A stretch of DNA of 64,000 nucleotides, from the NCBI GenBank assembly GCA_023485845.1, contig JAMCZE010000010.1, positions 89,448 through 153,447 of the forward strand. Reading direction: 5' to 3'. The notes beneath the pieces are model-generated. The model saw only the letters and a program-made list of their open reading frames with translations. It was not told the DNA's origin and did not search any database. Of this stretch, positions 57,090 through 64,000 are shown in pieces (position 1 is the first letter of the stretch; every line of letters begins with the position of its first letter). The DNA is from Patescibacteria group bacterium. Its GTDB lineage: Bacteria > Patescibacteriota > Microgenomatia > JAMCZE01. A program made the translations under genes and the position numbers.

Positions 57090-57641
57090 ATGAAGCGTGG
57101 ATTCTCGTCCGTTATTGCCGTTGCCCTGGTGGCCGCTTTGGGCGTTGCCTCATTGTTGTTTATTTTTCTGGTGGCTCGGTCCGGCCCGGGCACCACCCAG
57201 TCCCAAGCCACCCCCATTGTCACCGACACTTTGCCGCCGGTGGCGCCGATCACCCAAGCCACTCCTGCCGCCCAACCAATCGCCCCGACTCCGATCCCCG
57301 TTGCCTCAGTGGCCGCCGGTCCCAGTGTCACCAATAACAACATTGCCACCGTCACTAATCTCACGCCCGACGCTTTCACCGTCCAAACCATGCTTTCCAC
57401 CGACCGGACAACGTTTGTGATTGATTTTTCTTCCCAGGATTGGTCCGGCATCAGCACCATCACCTACACGCTATCTTACGACACGACCAGCGCCGCTTCC
57501 GGACGGGTTATCTCCGGCACCTTCACCCCATCATCGGTTTTGTCTAACCGCAAGACTTTAACTCTGGGAACCTGCTCACAAGGAGTTTGCACCTATGACA
57601 TCTATCCTCACAATTTCCGCCTCACCGTGTCCGGAAGTTAA
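57090..57641 (+). CDS. Membrane-anchored Pro/Thr/Ala-rich secreted hypothetical protein
   Basis: N-terminal TM, low-complexity linker, C-terminal domain with two Cys. Confidence 0.5.
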   Translation: MKRGFSSVIAVALVAALGVASLLFIFLVARSGPGTTQSQATPIVTDTLPPVAPITQATPAAQPIAPTPIPVASVAAGPSVTNNNIATVTNLTPDAFTVQTMLSTDRTTFVIDFSSQDWSGISTITYTLSYDTTSAASGRVISGTFTPSSVLSNRKTLTLGTCSQGVCTYDIYPHNFRLTVSGS

Positions 57642-57880
57642 ATCCCAATTAAATGCCTATTTCGAAAAGCAAATCCGGACCCAGACTTGAGATATTTTTC
57701 AAAAGCCAGTGCTTTATGCTTGGATTTAAAAGCGGTATAACCAATCAGTTCGCAAGGTAAAAATCTCTTAGTCGTAGCATCCTGACCGGTTTGGTGTTCA
57801 TGGTATCTTCTTTTGAGATCTTCAGTAAAGCCAACATAAGTTTCTTTGTTGGTGAGACTTAGAAGATAAACGTAATACAT
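57638..57880 (-). CDS. GIY-YIG nuclease-family protein (UPF0213-like, 80 aa)
   Basis: YYVYLLSLTNKETYVGFTEDLKRRYHEH... GIY-YIG core. GAAGGAGGG Shine-Dalgarno. Confidence 0.8.
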   Translation of the reverse strand: MYYVYLLSLTNKETYVGFTEDLKRRYHEHQTGQDATTKRFLPCELIGYTAFKSKHKALAFEKYLKSGSGFAFRNRHLIGI

Positions 57881-57968
57881 TTATTTGCCCTCCTTCGCTG
57901 AAGCTACGGACGGCCCTACACTATTTATATCGTAGGGCGCAGCCCTACGAAGCTTTAGCGGAGTAGGG

Positions 57969-58053
57969 TGCCGAGGCTAGGATTCGCACCTAGGTAGCCC
58001 TTTCGAGCGCCAGATTTACAGTCTGGTGTGATTGTCTGCTCCACCACCTCGGC
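57969..58053 (-). tRNA. tRNA-Tyr (anticodon GTA), type II with long variable arm
   Basis: Acceptor GCCGAGG/CCTCGGC, anticodon arm CCAGA-CTGTAAA-TCTGG, long variable arm, T arm CTAGG-TGCGAAT-CCTAG. GCGACA-18-TATAAT promoter upstream. A GTAGGGC-TGC-GCCCTAC hairpin lies downstream. Confidence 0.8.
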
Positions 58054-58216
58054 TTAGGAGCTAATTATAGCTTATTTCCTCACCTTCTGTCGCCGGCGCT
58101 CCCGTTCCACAGTCCGTTCCTTTTTGTCAGCTGTAATTTTGACCCGGCGCCACAATCTATATAGTCTTTGCTCATAGCTTCGCCAGCTCTGCGCCGCTTG
58201 CTCCAAGCCTTTCAAC

Positions 58217-59170
58217 TTATTCATTCTTCTTAAAGAAGTTCAGCGTGTCGGCCACGGCGGCGTTCCAGTCCGGGACCATGTTATGGTTCGCCCCCGGGTA
58301 GACGATATAATTTTCAATTTTCAATTTTAATTTTTCATTTAATTTATCTGACCAGCTTTTGGGAACCCACTCATCGGCTCCTGCCTGTTGCAACAGAATT
58401 GGCGCGTTAATCCAGCCGTAGAAGTTAGGAGTTGAATACTTTTCCACATCATAAAGCGCTTCAAATCTTGCCAAGGCAGCCCGCAGCCATTTCCCATGAT
58501 CGGCATAAGTGTTAGTGAAAAAGAGAATGTTATACGGGAACGATTCGGACACCGGGTTCCAAAGAACCGTGGGATAGTCCGCCCCCGTTATTTCTAAAAC
58601 CGATAAGGCGATTTGACCCCCATTACTGTGTCCCCAGATCATTAATTTTGCATTTTGATTTTTGAATTTTGAATTTTGCTCGATTGAAGCAATGAGATCG
58701 AGCGTCACGGTGTAGGTTTGAAACCGGTCGGCAAAGACATCGGGCACGGATTTATCCGAGGTGCCATAGCCGAAAAAGTCTGGAGCATAGGTGGTGAAAC
58801 CGTTTTTGGCTAACACCGCCGCCACTGGTTGGGTGCCAAAGCCGGGGAAATACTCTCCCAAATCGGCCGAACCGTGAAGCATCACGACATAGCCGCGAAA
58901 TTTTCCCTGCGCGTAGTTAACCGTTCCGGAAACCCGCCGCCCGTCGGAAAAATAGTGGAATAGGCCATTGCCGTCGTCAATCAGATGGCTGGCCTTCCCG
59001 CCGCGCTTTTTGAGGTTTTCAAAGGTGTATTGGTCCAGCGGCCGAGCCACGATTGTCCCGACCGGAGATTTGATGGTGATCTCCCCCATCTGATGCCAGC
59101 CCCACACCGCCGCCGCCAGGATAGCGACCAGAAGAACCAGAATTAAAGAAATTAATTTTTTATTCTTCAC
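58217..59170 (-). CDS. Alpha/beta-hydrolase fold esterase/lipase, secreted
   Basis: N-terminal TM/signal, GHSNGG nucleophile elbow, His/Asp later. Confidence 0.75.
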   Translation of the reverse strand: MKNKKLISLILVLLVAILAAAVWGWHQMGEITIKSPVGTIVARPLDQYTFENLKKRGGKASHLIDDGNGLFHYFSDGRRVSGTVNYAQGKFRGYVVMLHGSADLGEYFPGFGTQPVAAVLAKNGFTTYAPDFFGYGTSDKSVPDVFADRFQTYTVTLDLIASIEQNSKFKNQNAKLMIWGHSNGGQIALSVLEITGADYPTVLWNPVSESFPYNILFFTNTYADHGKWLRAALARFEALYDVEKYSTPNFYGWINAPILLQQAGADEWVPKSWSDKLNEKLKLKIENYIVYPGANHNMVPDWNAAVADTLNFFKKNE

Positions 59171-59201
59171 ACAATTATGATATCATCTCTTTGGAAGTTG
59201 T

Positions 59202-59273
59202 GCCGGGATGGCTCAGTGGCAGAGCGAGTCATTGGTAATGACTAGGTCGTGGGTCCGATTCCCACTCTCGGCT
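59202..59273 (+). tRNA. tRNA-Thr (anticodon GGT)
   Basis: Acceptor GCCGGGA/TCTCGGC, D arm GCTC-AGTGGCA-GAGC, anticodon arm AGTCA-TTGGTAA-TGACT, T arm GTGGG-TCCGATT-CCCAC. No encoded CCA. Confidence 0.85.
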
Positions 59274-59296
59274 CCGTTTTCTGATATAATACCACT

Positions 59297-60118
59297 ATGG
59301 GTCACAAGGATTCAGAAGTCTATGAACGGCGCAATCCCTTCGAGAACGAAGAGATTCTAAAAAAACTAGCTCATATCACTGACATCGCCATTAAAGCGGG
59401 TATTCCCGTGGAGCAAATTGTCCATGTCGGGGGTATTGCCCCAATGATTCACACCTGCATCGCCACCGGCAGTGCCCGATATGCCATCAACTGGCGGGGC
59501 ACCCGCGACCTGGACTTTGCCCTGACAATAAATAATGGTCCCCAACGCTTGGCTGACGCTTTGGAAGGTGCCGGTGTGCAAGTCACCAACCGGCGGCCAT
59601 CGAAAAGTATCCCCCATAAACACGCTGTTGAGATCGAACTCACAACCGGAAAAGGATTGTTTCCCTCCGGAAGGATCCTGGAAATCGACGTCTATGGCGG
59701 TGACTCCAAGGGCAGAGCTCGGATTAACGATCGGATTGCTCACCCATACCCGGGAAAATTTATCCGTGACCAGGCAATAACTCACACATGTTGGGGGCAC
59801 CAATTCACTGTCCCCAGCCTGATTGACACCTTAACTCTAAAAATGGACGTGGCAAAGGAAACCGACCGGCCGAAGGACACAATTGACATTTCTTCTCTCA
59901 TCTTCTCCGCCGAGCAATCCGGAGTGGCACCAGGCGACCTAATTAAGGCTCTAACGGAAGCTTATTCCACTCATGGCATTCCCCACCCAACCTGGACACT
60001 TCAGGTGGCACCAACCCTGAGAGCAATCATTGATAAAACACCCAACCTCAGAAGGTTTGACTTCGCTCCGGTAGCATCCCGGGGCTATATCAGCAAAATA
60101 GCCGAGTCAATAAAGTAG
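59297..60118 (+). CDS. Nucleotidyltransferase-fold protein, AbiEii-like (possible type IV TA toxin), orphan
   Basis: VHVGGIAPMIH...ARYAINWRGTRDLDFAL resembles the AbiEii GGTAL...SEDLDF core. About 270 aa. No AbiEi-like partner seen. Confidence 0.4.
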   Translation: MGHKDSEVYERRNPFENEEILKKLAHITDIAIKAGIPVEQIVHVGGIAPMIHTCIATGSARYAINWRGTRDLDFALTINNGPQRLADALEGAGVQVTNRRPSKSIPHKHAVEIELTTGKGLFPSGRILEIDVYGGDSKGRARINDRIAHPYPGKFIRDQAITHTCWGHQFTVPSLIDTLTLKMDVAKETDRPKDTIDISSLIFSAEQSGVAPGDLIKALTEAYSTHGIPHPTWTLQVAPTLRAIIDKTPNLRRFDFAPVASRGYISKIAESIK

Positions 60119-60271
60119 GCCTTGACTCGTTCATATCAACCCCCTAGAATTCTAGCAGTAGATCGTTAGAAAAGGGCTCCCGCAAGGGTCGACTCTATTC
60201 GAAAATCGTCGATTTTGTCGTGGAGTTTTTTTATATCCAAAAAAGTATAACTATAGGAGGGGGTGACAGAT

Positions 60272-60430
60272 TATGTCAGAAAATAAACCAGCCAAACAGC
60301 GCAAAGATGAAGCCATAAAAGCGGTGCAGCGTGAGCAGGCAGAATTGCTGCGCCAGGAATTACAAGCCGGACACAGGCAGGTTGTGTCGCCGGTAATCGA
60401 ACCGGAGAAGAAAGACGCTGTTAGCGCCTA
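60272..60430 (+). CDS. Small hypothetical protein (52 aa)
   Basis: Strong GGAGGGGGTGA Shine-Dalgarno 7 nt upstream. Charged helical sequence. Confidence 0.4.
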
Positions 60431-60464
60431 AAAAAATTAACCAAAAGTCAGGGGGTGAAAATTT

Positions 60465-60677
60465 ATGCAAGTCATAAACAATTGTGAGGGGTGTATATCA
60501 GAACATGCTGGTGTCAGACCTCCAAAAGGGGTGTGTGAAGCCTGTTGGAGAGTTTCCGTGAGGAATATGCGCGATGATGATGCGCATAGTACAAGTGTCA
60601 AGGCCGAAACGATAGGTCTTGTCACAGCAAGCCAAATTCGAATACAAGGTGGAGGTAGAATAGTAACTCAATTATAA
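60465..60677 (+). CDS. Small hypothetical Cys-containing protein (70 aa)
   Basis: AGGGGGTGA Shine-Dalgarno. CEGC...CEAC pattern. Confidence 0.4.
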   Translation: MQVINNCEGCISEHAGVRPPKGVCEACWRVSVRNMRDDDAHSTSVKAETIGLVTASQIRIQGGGRIVTQL

Positions 60678-60682
60678 TTATT

Positions 60683-61624
60683 TTATACCTCTATTCTCTT
60701 AATCGTTGGGTTGAAGTGGACTAGGAGATCATAAGGGATCGTGCCGGCTTGCCGGGCAGTTTTTTTAATGTCCGGATAGATGTCCCAGTCGTCTCCCCGC
60801 CGGACCCGCCGTCCGGTCGCGTCCACCGTCGTCATGTTCATGTTCACCCGGCCGACAATCGGCGGCACATTAGAGAGGCGTCGGTCCACCCCTTCGTTAT
60901 AGCCCGCCGGCAAAAGCGCCAGCGTCATGTCTTTTTTAGCAGTAAAGGCAAAATCATAACCCACCCGGTCCCCCTTCTTAATCTTTTTAATCTGAACAAT
61001 TTTGGCAATAAAACGCAGGGCCGGCCGGTGTAAATATAACTCCAGCCCCACCCGCCGGACGTTAACGCCGTGCACCCATTTTGGGGAGATAATTTTTCGG
61101 GCTTGGTTAAAAACCCGCCATTGTCCCGGATCATCGGCAACGGCAAAATGGGTCATTAAACCGGCAATTCGTGAATTCCTGTTATGTCTGACAATGTCTG
61201 ATAGTTCTTCTAAATTCATCCCCTCCCGGTTCATCCCGGTGTCCACAAACAAATGGATCGGGGCCTGGGGTTGATATTTTTTAATCATCAAGAAAGTTTC
61301 CCGGTCATAAGCGGCAAAAGCAAACGGCAACCGTTTATGTTTCAGGTTGTTTTCCCCGACATAGCCCATGATTAAAATTTCGCTTTTAATCCCCGCTTTA
61401 GAAAGTTCATAGGCTTCATAGAGGCTGTCCACGCACAAAAACGGCGGGTTTAGTTTCTCGAAGATTTTGGCGGTTAACACTAACCCGTGGCCGTAGGCAT
61501 TGCTTTTAAGAACCGGGCCCACCGGCATTTTTGCCGACAACGCCCGGTAGTTTTGCGCCAGAATTGCCCCATTAACTTCAATCCGGCACAAATTGTCATA
61601 TTGCCCAAACATCGGAACTTTCAC
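60683..61624 (-). CDS. alr: Alanine racemase (short form)
   Basis: PLP-lysine motif VLKSNAYGHG, full-length similarity. Confidence 0.85.
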   Translation of the reverse strand: MKVPMFGQYDNLCRIEVNGAILAQNYRALSAKMPVGPVLKSNAYGHGLVLTAKIFEKLNPPFLCVDSLYEAYELSKAGIKSEILIMGYVGENNLKHKRLPFAFAAYDRETFLMIKKYQPQAPIHLFVDTGMNREGMNLEELSDIVRHNRNSRIAGLMTHFAVADDPGQWRVFNQARKIISPKWVHGVNVRRVGLELYLHRPALRFIAKIVQIKKIKKGDRVGYDFAFTAKKDMTLALLPAGYNEGVDRRLSNVPPIVGRVNMNMTTVDATGRRVRRGDDWDIYPDIKKTARQAGTIPYDLLVHFNPTIKRIEV

Positions 61625-61951
61625 TATACCATCCCTTAATAAAAATCAAAAGGCTTTACAAAAAAATTTAATTGCTTCAGGATTAATTTATGGAACGGTC
61701 ACGAGACGACAGGGGCAATCGGCGCAATCACCACAAACACTACGAACAAACCCTACAACAAAAATTTTTCTCTCCGGGTGAACAAAAAGATCCCTCACGA
61801 AGTCACCGTGGTCGGAAAGGCTTGTTTACAGGAATCTGGAAGCACGGCGGTCCAAGACATAAGGATGTGGAGCAAGCCAAACATGACCGTCTAACTCTTC
61901 TGGCCCCCGTTTTAGAAAATCCCAACGAAAATCAGGTATAATTAGAAGGAT

Positions 61952-62022
61952 AGGGCTATAGTTCAATGGCAGAACGGTGGTCTCCAAAACCATTAATGGT
62001 AGTTCGACTCTACCTGGCCCTG
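61952..62022 (+). tRNA. tRNA-Trp (anticodon CCA)
   Basis: Acceptor AGGGCTA/TGGCCCT, D arm GTTC-AATGGCA-GAAC, anticodon arm GTGGT-CTCCAAA-ACCAT, T arm GGTAG-TTCGACT-CTACC. TATAAT lies 9 nt upstream. Confidence 0.85.
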
Positions 62023-62601
62023 CACAGCTGGATTTTGAAGCCACAAGGACTCCAATTGGGCCGTTGATATGCCCTGTTTTTCAGGTTCGAACTCTCCTGA
62101 AGCTGTCGGTTCCACCTTTATAATCTCTCCAAAGAATAAATATGGCCTTTGCACGTCCAGATGCAACGTTTGACCTTCTAAAATTAGGTTCGAACCAATT
62201 GTGTTGAGGATGTCCCGCTTCTCCTCCAAACTCCCTATGGAAAATTTGTAACGGGCTTGCACGGCGAAATCCAAGGCTCTTTCCAAGTTCTCGATCCAAT
62301 TCTCAATCCGCTTGCCGGTATTACCCATTCGCTCTTCTAGCTGTCGTTTTTCGCTAACAATAGATTCCTTTTGGGACTTAAATTCGTCATCCGAAAGCAA
62401 TGAACCATCAGTATTCTGCGGAGAAATTTTTAATTTAACTAAATTATCCAACCTTTGAATACAACTATCATAATTCTTTTGCACTTCTTGTAGAACGGTG
62501 TTTCTATCTTGAACCTCTTCTGTAGTGACACTCCTCGCAGCAAGCTGCGAGGCATCTGCATTGCTAAAATAGCCTGAGTTGGTCTTTTGATATTTGGACA
62601 T
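61993..62601 (-). CDS. Hypothetical protein (202 aa). Its 3' end runs antisense through the tRNA-Trp 3' half.
   Basis: ORF. Coiled-coil-like sequence. Confidence 0.4.
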   Translation of the reverse strand: MSKYQKTNSGYFSNADASQLAARSVTTEEVQDRNTVLQEVQKNYDSCIQRLDNLVKLKISPQNTDGSLLSDDEFKSQKESIVSEKRQLEERMGNTGKRIENWIENLERALDFAVQARYKFSIGSLEEKRDILNTIGSNLILEGQTLHLDVQRPYLFFGEIIKVEPTASGEFEPEKQGISTAQLESLWLQNPAVQGQVESNYH

Positions 62602-63037
62602 AGTCTTTTGGTCTTCCTTGGTTTCTGATGTACTTTTGGATGACTGTCTCAGAATTGCTTCGTCCTACTGAATTTACGAAATACCCGTCAGTCCAAAACT
62701 GGGCTCCCCAAAGGCTTTCCCTCAACCCGGCAACTCGTTTGAGAAGTTCCCGGGCCAGGATACTTTTGACCGTTCTGGCAATTTTGGTAGGAGAATATGT
62801 AGGCACTGACTGGATCAAAAAATGGACATGATCACCGTCGGCCCCAATCTCCACAAAATGCATCTCGTACCTTTGGGAAATTTCCTGACAGATCTGTTTT
62901 AGTTGGGCATCCACCTCTGTCGAGATCACGAGTTGCCTTCCCTTGGCCACACAAACCAGATGGTACAAAAGCACCGAGACATTGTGCGCTTTGTGTATGT
63001 AGATACTCACGCATACAATTTTACCCTCTCGCGGCAA
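62564..63037 (-). mobile_element. tnpA: IS200/IS605-family transposase TnpA (Y1 HUH)
   Basis: HUH motif DHVHFLIQ and catalytic Tyr region TDGYFVNSVG. 157 aa. Confidence 0.85.
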
Positions 63038-63055
63038 AGCCGCGGGGAATGAACC

Positions 63056-64000
63056 CTAAAAGAGATTCAATTCGTTAAAATACTTCAGCGCCCATTGTTT
63101 AAACTCATCACTAATTCCCGAATGCCTTAATATTTCATCAACCTGTGGTTCGAGTTTTTCTAATCTAACCGACTTTTCCTTACAGTCCGGATTTATTTTT
63201 CGTGTGCAATGATAATAAATGTAATTAAGAATTGTAGGGTTGTCCATATTCTCCACTCTGGTATTGCATTTGGGACAAGCTTCTCTGTTAAGAGATGAAA
63301 ATTTGTTATGGCAGATCGTACAAATGGTCTGCCACTTTTCTTCGGCGGTGATTGCCGACCCACAGACGCAACGAATCAAACAAGTAAAAGCAAATGTTTT
63401 ATGTTTTGGTTTGGGCAGATATTTAGCTCCAAGGAGCATTTGAACCCTGGTAAACTCTTCTTCTGTCAGCATTACTTTACCCCGCCATTTATGCCAGTTA
63501 CCACTCCCCGTCGGATATTCAAACCAACCACAATAAAATCGAGTGTGAAACATTACATATAACTCACTCAAATGCATGGGTTTACCACCTAGTTTGCCTC
63601 TTAATGGTGTTCGGTATCCCCATTCATTATTAAGTAAGGCTAAAATTTGTGGAACACGATACTTTCCGGTAAGCATTGCCCGCCAAGCCTTTTCAATAAG
63701 TTCGTACGTTCCGGGAATAGGGATCAAATCTTTCTCACCTTGCGGTGCCAGTGGATCATAACGATAGCCCGGTTGCTGACTACCAACATACATTCCTTGT
63801 TGTGATTTCTCTTTTAAACCACGTCTGACGTTTACCCCTTTGTCATCCGACTCCTTTTTACTCATCATAAAACACATTGCCAGCCAGCTCTTGTCATCTG
63901 GAGTATTTGTGTACATTTTTCCTGGCTTTCTTATCTCTACAATCTGACCAAGATCAATCATATAAATTACCCTGCCACCATCAAACGAGTTTCTGGCAAT
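63056..64000 (-). CDS. Large serine recombinase (recombinase and zinc-ribbon domains), 5' end beyond the window
   Basis: Reading frame is open to the window edge. C-terminal Cys cluster (CLIRCVCGS...CTICHNKF...CPKCNT) typical of serine-integrase zinc ribbon. Catalytic N-terminal domain not in window. Confidence 0.55.
   Translation of the reverse strand: MARNSFDGGRVIYMIDLGQIVEIRKPGKMYTNTPDDKSWLAMCFMMSKKESDDKGVNVRRGLKEKSQQGMYVGSQQPGYRYDPLAPQGEKDLIPIPGTYELIEKAWRAMLTGKYRVPQILALLNNEWGYRTPLRGKLGGKPMHLSELYVMFHTRFYCGWFEYPTGSGNWHKWRGKVMLTEEEFTRVQMLLGAKYLPKPKHKTFAFTCLIRCVCGSAITAEEKWQTICTICHNKFSSLNREACPKCNTRVENMDNPTILNYIYYHCTRKINPDCKEKSVRLEKLEPQVDEILRHSGISDEFKQWALKYFNELNLF

Noticed and set aside
57077-57463. 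128-aa minus-strand ORF
   Set aside because: It is antisense to the better-supported secreted-protein gene at 57090-57641 and overlaps the tRNA-Thr promoter.
61690-61941. 83-aa plus-strand ORF upstream of tRNA-Trp
   Set aside because: Extremely basic, low-complexity His/Arg-rich translation. It overlaps the tRNA promoter region. Probably not coding.
1-64000. CRISPR array search
   Set aside because: There are no regularly spaced direct repeats with unique spacers. The AT-rich repeats are dispersed single copies, not an array.

Overview
This 64-kb window is a gene-dense piece of a small bacterial genome, roughly 48-50% GC by eye. Many housekeeping proteins are shortened: RF1 is 290 aa, EF-Ts 148 aa, FolD 238 aa, and ProRS lacks an editing domain. 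Four of the five tRNAs I folded lack an encoded CCA. Strong Shine-Dalgarno sites (GGAGG/GGGAGGTG) are common. Together these point to a reduced-genome, CPR/Patescibacteria-like lineage. That placement is inference, not a database result. Recognisable content, left to right: a MacAB-like efflux operon and tRNA-His next to hisS. A run of translation and replication genes follows (rpmE, prfA, htrA, ctpA, the rpsF-ssb-rpsR operon, ychF, cysS). Then a VapBC pair, the recR-ybaB-dnaX operon, ybeY, rpsU, a HIT gene, proS, rseP and frr-tsf-rpsB. Next is a complete dTTP-supply cluster (folD, glyA, an HD::tmk fusion, a second HD protein, two Nudix hydrolases, thyA, tdk, dut), followed by topA and dprA plus a degenerate dprA 3' fragment. 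After that come pbp2, a possible short mreD, mreC and mreB, then an O-antigen-ligase-like protein with TPR repeats and two lycopene-cyclase-domain-like small membrane proteins. Then come def, a 2.9-kb two-gene insert, and fmt. The window ends with rpmB, a GxxExxY protein, tRNA-Thr(TGT), tRNA-Tyr, tRNA-Thr(GGT), an AbiEii-like nucleotidyltransferase, alr and tRNA-Trp, followed by an IS200 TnpA and a serine recombinase running off the 3' edge. The best candidate for a new system is the 2.9-kb insert that splits the otherwise universal def-fmt pair. It encodes a GHKL/MORC-like ATPase and a 453-aa protein with HTH-like segments, and imperfect direct repeats bracket it. Other points: a ~95-bp AT-rich near-palindromic element occurs three times, and a 27-nt piece of it is embedded in-frame in an esterase gene. 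A metallothionein-like 64-aa Cys-rich ORF sits near TspO. There are two tRNA-adjacent accessory loci (tRNA-His and tRNA-Trp). An HD domain is fused to thymidylate kinase. I found no CRISPR array and no rRNA.
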